A stretch of DNA of 64,000 nucleotides from an uncultured Methanosarcinales archaeon (GCA_964344235.1 CAYFMJ010000002.1:1-64000); one strand, 5' to 3'. Shown: positions 46,357 to 55,838, numbered from the stretch's first letter. Program-made: numbers and translations. The notes: generated from the letters alone by a model not told the origin.

Positions 46357-46402
46357 CGCTTAGTTCTGCACAAAGAGATTGCATTTTGCACAAACAATAT
46401 CT

Positions 46403-46422
46403 CCCCAAATTAGGGGTTTTTT
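46403..46422 (+). terminator. Possible terminator inside the left end
   Basis: CCCC-AAATTA-GGGG followed by TTTTTT; short stem. Confidence 0.3.
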
Positions 46423-46488
46423 GGGTGTTTAGTTAACTATGTGTTCCACACAAGAAGTTTTTAAATAATATCAGCCGTAAGATACGTC

Positions 46489-46902
46489 ATGGTTAAAATT
46501 AGGGGGTCAGAGGCTATTAGGAGAATCCGCCAAATACAAAAGAACATTGAAGAGCAGAATAGAAAAGACATAGATGATGAATTAGAACTGCTTGGTCTGA
46601 ACAGAAATGATCCTGACCTAAAAAAAATCGTAGAGAAAATCATTGAGAAAACAGAATCAGAAAGGGCCCTTTTGAAAATACTTAACAAACGTTTTGAGAC
46701 GAATAAAGCAGTCAATATCAAAAGAACATTTGAGATCATAGATCGGATTAGATCTAAGAAAAATTTCTACGTCAATTTAGCATATATCAGGAAACAAGAA
46801 AAAATAAACGGGAGGCTATTACGCCTGAACCGAGATACAATCCGCTTGACTATTTTGGTTTTGTTGTTGATGGCAGTTCAGATATTCTTAATGGTTCGTT
46901 GA
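46489..46902 (+). CDS. Hypothetical helical protein (transposon cargo)
   Basis: 137-aa ORF with a hydrophobic C-terminus, convergent with the nuclease gene. Confidence 0.55.
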   Translation: MVKIRGSEAIRRIRQIQKNIEEQNRKDIDDELELLGLNRNDPDLKKIVEKIIEKTESERALLKILNKRFETNKAVNIKRTFEIIDRIRSKKNFYVNLAYIRKQEKINGRLLRLNRDTIRLTILVLLLMAVQIFLMVR

Positions 46903-47551
46903 CTCTTACCCATTTACAAAACCCGCACTCTTCAGAGCTCTCTGGCAAACTGCCTTCAAGAACCGCTATCGCCTCTTTGAAGATTTTCTTAGCGTTGTTA
47001 ACATTAACTTTCATTTTTATTAGTTCTGCGTGAAAGTCAACATCGCCATTCTCGTGAACTTTATTTGGATGGTAGAAGAGCAGGTAAGCGTAATCTTCGG
47101 TTTTGTAATCATTTAACTGCAGTAGGTGGTTGTAAATGTCTAACTGATTCTGGTAATGGTCTGCTGTATCCTCTTTTAATGGGTATCCTCTAGTTTTGTA
47201 ATCTAAAACGATGAGTTTGTTGCCTTTCTTTAGAATGTTGTCTACGGCTCCACGAAAGAGGTTTCCTTCTTTGTCCGTCCACTGAATACCTTTGAAATTG
47301 TTTCTCCAAATTGTAAGTAACTCTTCATCATCAAAGAGTTTTACTTCACCATTGAGTTTCTCTAATTCTGGAGGGAGTGTTTCCAACTTCATAAACTTAT
47401 CAAAGTGGTTTTTTAAGATTCTATCTATTCCAGAAGGTAAACTTGGAAAGATTCCGTTAGGCCTACGCAACTTTTTATTATGGTGTAGCCAGAAACAACG
47501 TGGACATTCTTTTAGAAGGCTTAGTGCTGAAGGGGAGAGTTTGTATGCCAT
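46850..47551 (-). CDS. PD-(D/E)XK nuclease (RecB/Cas4-like)
   Basis: LSPSAL...CPRCFW, GAVDN, VLDYKT, QLDIY, CGFC. Confidence 0.88.
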   Translation of the reverse strand: MAYKLSPSALSLLKECPRCFWLHHNKKLRRPNGIFPSLPSGIDRILKNHFDKFMKLETLPPELEKLNGEVKLFDDEELLTIWRNNFKGIQWTDKEGNLFRGAVDNILKKGNKLIVLDYKTRGYPLKEDTADHYQNQLDIYNHLLQLNDYKTEDYAYLLFYHPNKVHENGDVDFHAELIKMKVNVNNAKKIFKEAIAVLEGSLPESSEECGFCKWVRVNEPLRISELPSTTKPK

Positions 47552-47552
47552 T

Positions 47553-48497
47553 TTAGTTTAGGGATTTTGAATAAGGTAATGATTTAATATAATTCCTCAT
47601 AAAAATCCAATCTGGCCTGCCATCTTTATCGACAGGCAACATTATTTTACTCTTTGACATCCTATCAAATCTCCATTTACGGCCGTAATTAAACCGATAT
47701 TTTTCTTTACCAATTAAAGGGATTAAGAACATCGAGATATATACATCTAGATGCCCATCTTTGATTCTTAAAATGTTTACATCATGAGAACAAGTAAATT
47801 CTTCTGGTTGATAGAATGCAGCACCAGCATGGCCATTGTTAACTACTGTTAAACAATTCCCCTTGAAGACTTTTTCTACAATCGATTTGTCAAGATAATC
47901 TGTAACGCCATTGTTATAAACGGATGCTGAGATGAATTTCAATTCCCCCTCCTTAGTTGGCCTTTTATTATAAAATCCTCTTTCAATTGCGAATACCTCA
48001 CCATACAAGAAATACTTCCACTTTCTACTTGATAAATTTGTTTTTTCGTTTAATAACCTTGCATTAAGATTCCTTCGGACAAATTTTTTCTTTTTATAGA
48101 CCCACGAGGGCATATTAATCTCAACCAATGTTCTCCCAAGCCTACTAGGTGTAACCTTTCTACCATAGCTATATCTAAAAACTTCCCTTCTTATTAAAAG
48201 GACAAAATACATCATCTCCTCCCTTGAAAATTTCCTTTTTGGTGAAAGAACAATGCTATCACTATTTATACAACAACCCCTCTCTTGTAAGAATGCATAA
48301 CAAACCGTTCCAGTCCTGGGTACATTAATGACATTTCTATAGGTTGGTTCAATATCTACATAACCCACAACTCCATTATCGGTTCCTTTTGATGAGATAA
48401 GTGGAGTTTTCCCTCTATCAACAGTATCTCTTACTAAGAGGTTGTCTTTTCCATACTCCATATCAAACAATTCACGTAGTTCAATCAACTTCCTCAC
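47553..48497 (-). CDS. Restriction-modification specificity (S) subunit, two TRDs
   Basis: Two repeated halves (LF....G...P.IS....NGV..Y.D...YGRK). Confidence 0.85.
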   Translation of the reverse strand: MRKLIELRELFDMEYGKDNLLVRDTVDRGKTPLISSKGTDNGVVGYVDIEPTYRNVINVPRTGTVCYAFLQERGCCINSDSIVLSPKRKFSREEMMYFVLLIRREVFRYSYGRKVTPSRLGRTLVEINMPSWVYKKKKFVRRNLNARLLNEKTNLSSRKWKYFLYGEVFAIERGFYNKRPTKEGELKFISASVYNNGVTDYLDKSIVEKVFKGNCLTVVNNGHAGAAFYQPEEFTCSHDVNILRIKDGHLDVYISMFLIPLIGKEKYRFNYGRKWRFDRMSKSKIMLPVDKDGRPDWIFMRNYIKSLPYSKSLN

Positions 48498-50364
48498 CCA
48501 ATTCTTTGAATAACAAATATTTTTTCATCTCTCTCTCAAAATCACTTATCTTAATTGATGAGAAATCTGATTCTAAATACGCTTCTGGAACTAATTCCAA
48601 TAACTCGTCATCTGGGTCTAATTCTGTGGAAATTTTAAATTCTGGGACTGCCTTAACTTGATGATTATTGTTGGACATAAAGGCTTTTAATTCATCTTTA
48701 ATCTCAAGAAGCCTATTACTTTCTTGTTTGTCAAAAATTCTTTTCCCCTTTCTTTTTATGAAACCATCTGTATTAGCCTTTGCAAAATAAACCTTCTGGT
48801 TTATAAAATCATGAGGTACACCTTTTTTTATAAACATCCCAACAGTATGGACACCAACAGGGTAAAATAACTCCTCTGGGAGAGTCAATACACTTACAAG
48901 GGAGTTTTTTCTTAATAATTCTCTCCTCCATTGCTTACCACCAGACTCAATAAGGACGGATATTGGAACAATTGCAAAAAGATGCCCACCGTCTTGCATT
49001 TGCTCAAGCGCATAGTCTATGAAATGACTCTCTTTTTCATCAGATTTTTTTAATGCAAACGGGGGATTCATAAGAACTTTAGTTATGATGGGACTTTCAT
49101 TTTTATTTCCCTCCCTTCTTTTAAATTCTCCTGTTGGAAAACCTTTCTTTTGAGTGTATACTATATTCTTCTGAAAGCAATTCCCTTCACTGATATTGTT
49201 TTTTCCATCCCCTCGAAAAATCATATTAACTAGCGATAGTGAAACCACTTCATCATCTTGTTCTATTCCAAAAACATTATAATTTTTGAATTTGTCTAGC
49301 TGTTTATCATTGCTAGAGTTTTTCACATAATCAAAAGCAGACACTAAAAAACCACCTGTTCCACAGGTTGGGTCAAAAACATAATCATTGTGTTTTATAT
49401 CAAGGACATCCACCGCAAATTTGGTTATATGTCTTGGGGTAAGGACTATGCCAATCTCTTTTGCACCATTACCATATTTTAAAAATTTTTCATAAAACTT
49501 TCCGAGGACATCATTACCAGATGCCATAGCATTCTTTATATCCAAGGTCTGGAGTTCTTTTAGTGTGTTTATTATTGCTCTTCTATACTTAATATGGTTC
49601 TCTTTGCTTGGAGGCACTTCTAGTTTTATAAAATCAAAAAAACTTTCTTTATTTACTTCCTCTAACTTTGTTTTAATGAGATTATTGATATTATCAACAA
49701 GAAGTTTTGTTTTAGATGTCCTTAAACTTATCTCTTCATTTAGAGACAAAGATAAAACAAGCCCAGCTATAAACCTCGCTCTTTTATTTTTGTTTATCCC
49801 TGCGTTGTGTAATATCTCATTTATTCTCTCAGCTGATGCCAAGTATTTTTCTTCAGGAAAATCAGGAAATTCTTTCCAATTAGGTGTTTTATTTGATAGT
49901 AAGTATTCTGCTTGCTCCCTTGATAATAATGTATCTTTTGGTTTTCCATTGAATAACACTGTTTCCCATTTGCCATCGTGAAGGAATTGGTTGATTATTG
50001 TATAACCATCAGTGTCATTTCCAGCTAACCCTGTTATTATCAGGCATTTAATTTTCTTACTTTTATTTATCTTCTTGGCATATTGGTTTTTTGCTTCATC
50101 CAATGCTTCATTAATATCCTTTTTGTCCCTTTTGCTCTCTATTACCCAATATTCAGAATCATTCAAACACACAACGGCTTCAGGCATATCTCTACCTAGA
50201 ACTTGTTTAATATTTTCATTGTACAAACATTCGTTCTGTTTGTAAACCTCTCCCTCTGGGACCCTGGCAGGATTTTTTACTACCCAACCTAATTCTTCTA
50301 ACTCCTCTTTAATATAAGCATATGCATCAACCTCTGAATTTTTAGGTTTTTTTGAATGAACCAT
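48481..50364 (-). CDS. N6-adenine methyltransferase with N-terminal endonuclease-like domain (BcgI A-like, Type IIB/IIG)
   Basis: PEA..-VIESKR nuclease-like motif; LTPRHI, FDPTCGTGGFL (SAM binding), VLMNPPF (catalytic). Confidence 0.9.
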   Translation of the reverse strand: MVHSKKPKNSEVDAYAYIKEELEELGWVVKNPARVPEGEVYKQNECLYNENIKQVLGRDMPEAVVCLNDSEYWVIESKRDKKDINEALDEAKNQYAKKINKSKKIKCLIITGLAGNDTDGYTIINQFLHDGKWETVLFNGKPKDTLLSREQAEYLLSNKTPNWKEFPDFPEEKYLASAERINEILHNAGINKNKRARFIAGLVLSLSLNEEISLRTSKTKLLVDNINNLIKTKLEEVNKESFFDFIKLEVPPSKENHIKYRRAIINTLKELQTLDIKNAMASGNDVLGKFYEKFLKYGNGAKEIGIVLTPRHITKFAVDVLDIKHNDYVFDPTCGTGGFLVSAFDYVKNSSNDKQLDKFKNYNVFGIEQDDEVVSLSLVNMIFRGDGKNNISEGNCFQKNIVYTQKKGFPTGEFKRREGNKNESPIITKVLMNPPFALKKSDEKESHFIDYALEQMQDGGHLFAIVPISVLIESGGKQWRRELLRKNSLVSVLTLPEELFYPVGVHTVGMFIKKGVPHDFINQKVYFAKANTDGFIKRKGKRIFDKQESNRLLEIKDELKAFMSNNNHQVKAVPEFKISTELDPDDELLELVPEAYLESDFSSIKISDFEREMKKYLLFKELGEEVD

Positions 50365-50487
50365 CTATCTTTTCCTCTTTTTTGTTTTCTTTTTTGGAGC
50401 AGAGAATATTTTGGCATAGTTAAGGCTCCACTTAACTGATTTGCCTCTAGGCTTACTTCTTGTTTTTGTAGCTTTCTTCTTCACCAT
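50365..50487 (-). CDS. 40-aa basic microprotein translationally coupled to the methyltransferase
   Basis: MVKKKATKTRSKPRGKSVKWSLNYAKIFSAPKKKTKKRKR; TAG directly adjacent to the MTase ATG. Confidence 0.45.
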   Translation of the reverse strand: MVKKKATKTRSKPRGKSVKWSLNYAKIFSAPKKKTKKRKR

Positions 50488-50656
50488 GTTTAATCAAAAT
50501 CTCTTCTTTGTATAATTTATCAAGATACTTTTTAACTGTTACATAACTTATTCCAGTATACTTAGATATTTCATGAGCAGTCATAAAACCGCCGTGTTTA
50601 TGAATCGCCCTGATTATTTCTCTCTCTTTATCTTTAAGTATCGGTTTGCTCGTCAT
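50453..50656 (-). CDS. Small HTH DNA-binding protein
   Basis: MTAHEISKYTGISYVTVKKYLDKL. Confidence 0.8.
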   Translation of the reverse strand: MTSKPILKDKEREIIRAIHKHGGFMTAHEISKYTGISYVTVKKYLDKLYKEEILIKHGEEESYKNKK

Positions 50657-50885
50657 CTACCACCTCAGCGAAAAGACGAGGAACCATCTCGCCATGCTCA
50701 CTTTTGTCTAACTCAACTCTAAATCGCATTATTTCATCGCCAGTTAGTCTTGCTCGTTCGGCGATCCTTTTTGGGATTTTAACCGAGAACTGCCCCGTGT
50801 TTTTGTGAAGCGTAACTTTTGCAGTCAACTCAGAACCTTGTTCTCCTTCGATTATTTCTCTAACTTCTTCGATTACCTTTCTCAT
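50634..50885 (-). CDS. AbrB/MazE-like DNA-binding protein
   Basis: GQFSVKIPKRIAERARLTGDE.MRF. Confidence 0.7.
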   Translation of the reverse strand: MRKVIEEVREIIEGEQGSELTAKVTLHKNTGQFSVKIPKRIAERARLTGDEIMRFRVELDKSEHGEMVPRLFAEVVDDEQTDT

Positions 50886-51103
50886 TGGAACTAAATATTA
50901 ATCTTTATTTCATAATAAATAGTCTATTGATTTATATAATTATCGTTATTTTCATCATAATTAGACTAATTATTGGTAATTTTTAGAAAGTTTTAAATAA
51001 AAGTGACAATAAATAGACTAAATATTGTAAAATGAAACTTGCGAGGTTGATATTATGGATGTTGTTACTGCTACTGCACGCACGGTTAGCTGGAGGATGA
51101 TGT

Positions 51104-52165
51104 GTGTTACAAAAGAGAAAAACCGAGATGTGGAAAAGAGGTCGTTTAGGAGAACGACAAATGGAACTACGGGAATTCAACAAGAAAGTCAAACAGCTCA
51201 CCTACCCTCAAAATTGGGAAGCATACAATCGAGCCAAAACGCAGGAGAAAATCCTCGCTGAACGATTACTCTCAGAATTGCTAGAAGCGACAGCTAACAT
51301 CAAGCCAGCAAGAAAAGGCGACCAGTACGCTTCTGTGAAAGATAAAATATTCTGTATGTTCGTTTACAACTTTTCTGGACTTAGCTCAAGACGTTGTATG
51401 TCTGATGTTAAGATCGCCCACCAGAGGGGTTTAATCGCAAGGACACCACACTTTAACTCAATCTTGAACTATTTTGCCGATCCCAACACAACTCCCATTA
51501 TCAAGAAGTTAATCACTCTCACGGCGTTGCCATTACGAAACGTGGAGAAAGACTTCGCTGTTGACTCTTCGGGTTTCTCAACATCTCTCTTCGACAGATG
51601 GGTAGATTACAGGACGCAGAAAGTAACAAGAAGAAGACATTGGAAGAAATGCCACATCACAGTCGGAGTTAAGAGTAATGTGATCACTGCTGTAAAAATA
51701 ACATCTGGCAGTTCCCCTGACTGTTCAGAATTCATAGAACTGGTAAGGGAAACGAGGGGGTTCTTTGACGTTGAAGAAGTTTCGGCGGACAAAGCATATT
51801 CAAGTAAATCAAATCTCGAAGCGGTCTCCCAACTTGGAGCGATTCCGTATGTGCCTTTCAAGAAAAACACAACAGGAAAAGCAAGAGGTTCTTACACATG
51901 GAGTCGAATGTATGATTACTTCCTTAACAACAGAGAACGATTCGATCAATCATATCACAAACGGTCAAACGTTGAAACAGCTTTCCACATGATCAAGCGG
52001 AAGTTTGGAAATAATCTCAGAACAAAGAAAGATATTTCTCATGTCAATGAAATTTTGATGAAGTGCTTGTGCCACAATCTTTCGGTTTTGGTTCAGGAGT
52101 CGTTTGAACTTGGGCTAGAAATTGATTTTTCTCATTGTGCAGAAATCTATGCTGCACAGACGTAG
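51104..52165 (+). CDS. DDE transposase, IS5 family (IS903-like)
   Basis: AVDSSG (D), WKKCHITV, ADKAYSS (D), YHKRSNVETAFHMIK = Y-x2-R-x3-E-x6-K. Exact start uncertain. Confidence 0.92.
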   Translation: MLQKRKTEMWKRGRLGERQMELREFNKKVKQLTYPQNWEAYNRAKTQEKILAERLLSELLEATANIKPARKGDQYASVKDKIFCMFVYNFSGLSSRRCMSDVKIAHQRGLIARTPHFNSILNYFADPNTTPIIKKLITLTALPLRNVEKDFAVDSSGFSTSLFDRWVDYRTQKVTRRRHWKKCHITVGVKSNVITAVKITSGSSPDCSEFIELVRETRGFFDVEEVSADKAYSSKSNLEAVSQLGAIPYVPFKKNTTGKARGSYTWSRMYDYFLNNRERFDQSYHKRSNVETAFHMIKRKFGNNLRTKKDISHVNEILMKCLCHNLSVLVQESFELGLEIDFSHCAEIYAAQT

Positions 52166-52173
52166 GGTTATCA

Positions 52174-52186
52174 TTTGTGCAAAGCC
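52174..52186 (-). repeat. Right terminal inverted repeat (TTTGTGCAAAGCC on +)
   Basis: Perfect reverse complement of 46344-46356, 9 nt after the transposase stop. Confidence 0.9.
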
Positions 52187-52195
52187 TATAATTCC
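52187..52195. repeat. Right target-site duplication TATAATTCC
   Basis: Identical to 46335-46343. Confidence 0.9.
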
Positions 52196-52247
52196 CTTTC
52201 CTCATGTAGTCGTAATCTTTATATAACTCTCTGCAATCCTGCCTTCC

Positions 52248-53543
52248 ATGCTAGCGATCCAATTTATTCGTGATAATCCTAAAATTGTAAAAGCCTCCGA
52301 GAAGAAAAGGGGTCGTGATCCTAAGCGAATTGACCAACTTCTCACATTAGACGAGGAATGGCGTTCTCTTAAACAGAAGGTAGAAAAACTTCGCCACACA
52401 CGTAACACTGTTTCCGAACAAATCAACAAAGCGAAAAAAGCGAAGAAAGAGAAAGAAGCGCAACAAAAAATTACTAAGATGCGCTCTGTAATCGCTGATA
52501 TGAAGAAACAGGAAGAAAAATTTGCGAAAGTAGAACTGGAACGTAACACTCTGCTGGCGAGCATTGGTAACATTCTTCAAAAAACAGTTCCCAAAGGCAA
52601 AGATGATTCTGACAATGTTGAATTAAAAAAGGTTGGTAAGAAACCGAAATTTACGTTTCCCCTTAAAGACCACATTGAGTTAGGAGAATCACTTGATTTA
52701 ATTGATTTAGAAACAGCAGCGAAAAATTCTGGTTCCCGTTTCTACTATCTCAAGAACGAAGCAGTGCTTCTAAGCCAAGCTCTCCAGAGATTTGCAATCG
52801 ACCTTCTTCTCAAGAAAGGCTTTACCCTCATCAAAACACCATTCATGCTCAACCGTGCAGCTCTTGCGGGCGGAGTAAACTTAACCGACTTTGAAGATAC
52901 TATTTACAAAATTGAGGGGGAAGATCTTTACCTCATTGCAACCTCTGAACATTCCCTTGTTGCATTAAAGCGTAACCAAGTTCTTGAAGCCTCAGAACTA
53001 CCAATGAAAATCGTTGGTGTCAGTACTTGCTTTAGAAAAGAATTAGGTGCACACGGTCGAGATGACAAAGGAATCTTTCGTGTCCACGAATTCAACAAAG
53101 TAGAAGAAATCATTTATTGTAAACCAGAGAATTCAGAGAAATACTTCAACGAATTGCAAAAACTCTCTGAAGATATTTTCAAAAAGCTTGGTCTTCCGTA
53201 TCGGGTAGTTAACATCTGTACGGGGGATTTAGGAAATAAACAATCATTACAGTATGATATTGAAGTGTGGTTCCCAGGACAGAATGAAAAGAAAGGAGCG
53301 TATCGAGAAGTAACCTCTTGCAGCAACTGCTTAGACTATCAGTCAGTTTCTCTTAACACAAAATACACAACCAAAGACGGCAAGCGAGAGTATGTTCATC
53401 TTCTTAACAATACCGCTTTAACTGACACCAGGCCAATTGCTGCTATTCTCGAAAATTACCAGCAGAAAGATGGTTCCGTGAAAATTCCGAAAGCCCTCTG
53501 GCCGTATATGAATGGGATTAAAGTAATCAAACCAACAAAATGA
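52248..53543 (+). CDS. serS: Serine--tRNA ligase
   Basis: N-terminal coiled-coil arm, LIATSEH, FRKE...GIFRVHEFNKVE, EVTSCSNC, LNNTA. Confidence 0.97.
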   Translation: MLAIQFIRDNPKIVKASEKKRGRDPKRIDQLLTLDEEWRSLKQKVEKLRHTRNTVSEQINKAKKAKKEKEAQQKITKMRSVIADMKKQEEKFAKVELERNTLLASIGNILQKTVPKGKDDSDNVELKKVGKKPKFTFPLKDHIELGESLDLIDLETAAKNSGSRFYYLKNEAVLLSQALQRFAIDLLLKKGFTLIKTPFMLNRAALAGGVNLTDFEDTIYKIEGEDLYLIATSEHSLVALKRNQVLEASELPMKIVGVSTCFRKELGAHGRDDKGIFRVHEFNKVEEIIYCKPENSEKYFNELQKLSEDIFKKLGLPYRVVNICTGDLGNKQSLQYDIEVWFPGQNEKKGAYREVTSCSNCLDYQSVSLNTKYTTKDGKREYVHLLNNTALTDTRPIAAILENYQQKDGSVKIPKALWPYMNGIKVIKPTK

Positions 53544-53605
53544 GTGTCACTTTGTAGTGATTCATTTTCGCAACATTTATATATTTCATATACATTCCTC
53601 TCGTA

Positions 53606-54718
53606 ATGTTTAAGAGCCTCCTCGCAACATTACTCGCTGGGGGGATAGCAGCAACAACATTTCTGAGTGATGGAGCACCACTACAACTGGCAGCAGCGTA
53701 TCATCAACCGTATACTGCAAGTATTCTCAGTCCACTTTCTGTTGAATCGGTCCCACCTCCTGCCGCACTTACAACCTCCTCTATAACCACCACTCCACCT
53801 CCAACCCTGCCTCGGAAAGCTCTCTCATACTGCACAACCACTCGGAGAATTCATCACTATCCTTCTGAAAGTGTCATTGACAGTACGGGATGTCCCCAAT
53901 GGTGGAACCTTTTAGCGGAAGAATCTGAAATTCGTGAGCTTGACCGTGGTTGTGGTAGAATGGAAGACCTACGGGAAGATCTTTATCATCGTCTCGGCAG
54001 GTCGTGTGACTCTCCTGTCCTACGAGAACTAAGAACAAAAGCTCCTTCACCTGACTTTGTTATTTACTTTTTACAAAACATGTATGATGATAACCACCGT
54101 GATGGTGCAAAACCAAGTCCATTTGCTCCACCTGCTGCAGTTATAGAGATTCACAACGCTCTTGATGATCAACCAACATTCCGCCGGCGAGATATCCTGA
54201 ATATACTCTGTGATGATTACGCTGCCACTTCAAAACCTCCAGAAGGCAAAGAAGATGTTTGTCTTTCATTACAACAAGCATATCCTGATGATTTTGAGGT
54301 AATAGTAGAAGATCCCTCAGAAAGTCTTTTCTGCTCTATGCTTGAACCCGTCTTCAATTTTCTTGATTGGCGGCCCCCGTTTTTACATCCAATGCCCTCC
54401 GTAGACCTCTCGGAAGAATTTCCAGGCATCTTTCCTCCTGGTGAAGCGGGTGTTAGTTTAAGGACCTATAAAATAATTACTACTCCCCTAAATGTGACTT
54501 ACCACAAAGATGACATTGAAATGGTTGCTGAGGATTTAGTTCATGTTATTCGCTCAACTGTTCCTGCTGGTAAAGATGTTCTTGCTTATGGTCTAGAATT
54601 GAAATCTCAGTTTGGTGAACTTTTCACTCTTCCACCAGGCACAGTAGAACTTGTTACCAATAAGCTAGTTGGCTATGACCCTTTGTCCAGGACATTTGCT
54701 ATTGATAATATTGATTAA
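53606..54718 (+). CDS. Hypothetical secreted protein
   Basis: Signal peptide, Pro/Thr-rich linker, Cys-containing globular part. Confidence 0.65.
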   Translation: MFKSLLATLLAGGIAATTFLSDGAPLQLAAAYHQPYTASILSPLSVESVPPPAALTTSSITTTPPPTLPRKALSYCTTTRRIHHYPSESVIDSTGCPQWWNLLAEESEIRELDRGCGRMEDLREDLYHRLGRSCDSPVLRELRTKAPSPDFVIYFLQNMYDDNHRDGAKPSPFAPPAAVIEIHNALDDQPTFRRRDILNILCDDYAATSKPPEGKEDVCLSLQQAYPDDFEVIVEDPSESLFCSMLEPVFNFLDWRPPFLHPMPSVDLSEEFPGIFPPGEAGVSLRTYKIITTPLNVTYHKDDIEMVAEDLVHVIRSTVPAGKDVLAYGLELKSQFGELFTLPPGTVELVTNKLVGYDPLSRTFAIDNID

Positions 54719-54770
54719 CTGCCCTTTTACCCCCAAAATCCTTATAAACACCTTTCTCTCTCATCATGAG

Positions 54771-55838
54771 ATGTCCTTATTCAAAGATATGCTCCATGCC
54801 AACGAATCGTTGTTCAGAGACACCATCTTTCTCAGCTACGATTTTCAACCAAAAATCCTCCATGGCCGGGAAAATGAACAACAACGCTTTGCTGTAGCTA
54901 TCCGCCCTTTATTACAAGGCCACAATGGCAGAAATGTCTTCGTCTATGGAGCCCCAGGTATTGGAAAAACTACTGCCTGTAAACATGTCCTCCGGGAATT
55001 GGAAGATGAAACTGATGACGTCATTCCTTTATACATCAACTGTTGGAAAGAAAATACAACCTATAAAATCTTCTACAAAATCTGTGAACAACTTGGTTAC
55101 AAATTTATTCAGAGTAAAAAAACCACAGAACTCTTTGCGTTAATCGCACAGAAACTGAACAAAGTAAGTGCCGTCTTCGTTTTTGATGAAATCGACAAAT
55201 TAGAAGATACAGACTTCCTCTACACGATCTTGGAAGACATTTACAGAAAATCAATTATTCTTATTACAAATTACAGAGACAGCTATTCCGAAATGGATGA
55301 ACGCATTCGTAGTAGATTAAATCCAGAATTCCTTTGCTTTCGAGCGTATAACGAATCAGAAGTTGCAGAAATTCTCAAGCAACGAAAAGAATATGCTTTC
55401 GTACCTACTGCCTGGGATGATGCCGCGTTTAAAGAAATTGTTGAGAAATGTACGGAAACAAACGACGTGCGTGTTGGTTTGTATATGATGCGGGAAGCAG
55501 GGAACGTAGCTGAGGATAAAAGTTCTAGAACCATCAACGCAGAGCACGTTGCGGAAGCTGTCAAGAAAGTGCAAAATTTTCATATCAAACCGAAGGATGG
55601 ATTGGATGAGGAGTTACAATCAATTCTTGACCTTGTTAAAGCCCACACTGGTAAGAAAATTGGTGATATGTATAGTGAGTATCAACAAACTGGCGGTCAG
55701 TTAAGTTACAAAAGTTTCCATAGAAGAGTTATGAAATTACAAGATGGCCGCTTCGTTTCGTCAGAAAAAGTTACGGGAAAAGACGGCAATACAACACTTG
55801 TCCATTACGCAAGTACAAAAAAATTAACAGATTTCTAA
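54771..55838 (+). CDS. cdc6: Orc1/Cdc6 family initiator
   Basis: LHGRENE, YGAPGIGKT, VFDEID, RIRSRL, YNESE..EIL..R. Confidence 0.92.
   Translation: MSLFKDMLHANESLFRDTIFLSYDFQPKILHGRENEQQRFAVAIRPLLQGHNGRNVFVYGAPGIGKTTACKHVLRELEDETDDVIPLYINCWKENTTYKIFYKICEQLGYKFIQSKKTTELFALIAQKLNKVSAVFVFDEIDKLEDTDFLYTILEDIYRKSIILITNYRDSYSEMDERIRSRLNPEFLCFRAYNESEVAEILKQRKEYAFVPTAWDDAAFKEIVEKCTETNDVRVGLYMMREAGNVAEDKSSRTINAEHVAEAVKKVQNFHIKPKDGLDEELQSILDLVKAHTGKKIGDMYSEYQQTGGQLSYKSFHRRVMKLQDGRFVSSEKVTGKDGNTTLVHYASTKKLTDF

Larger units (their letters stand above)
46344..52186 (+). mobile_element. Cargo-carrying IS5-family (IS903-like) transposon with restriction-modification passenger genes
   Basis: Perfect 13-bp TIRs, 9-bp TSD, a single DDE transposase at the right end, no internal TIR seen next to the transposase. 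Confidence 0.88.

Noticed and set aside
46850-47551. Cas4 indicating a CRISPR locus
   Set aside because: No repeat-spacer array or other cas genes in the window, and the Cys pattern is not the Cas4 1+3 arrangement.
51055-51261. 68-aa ORF overlapping the transposase start as a frameshifted N-terminal domain
   Set aside because: No recognisable motif or slippery site; the transposase is complete in one frame.
54719-54770. Replication origin beside cdc6
   Set aside because: Short intergenic region with no ORB/mini-ORB repeats or DUE.
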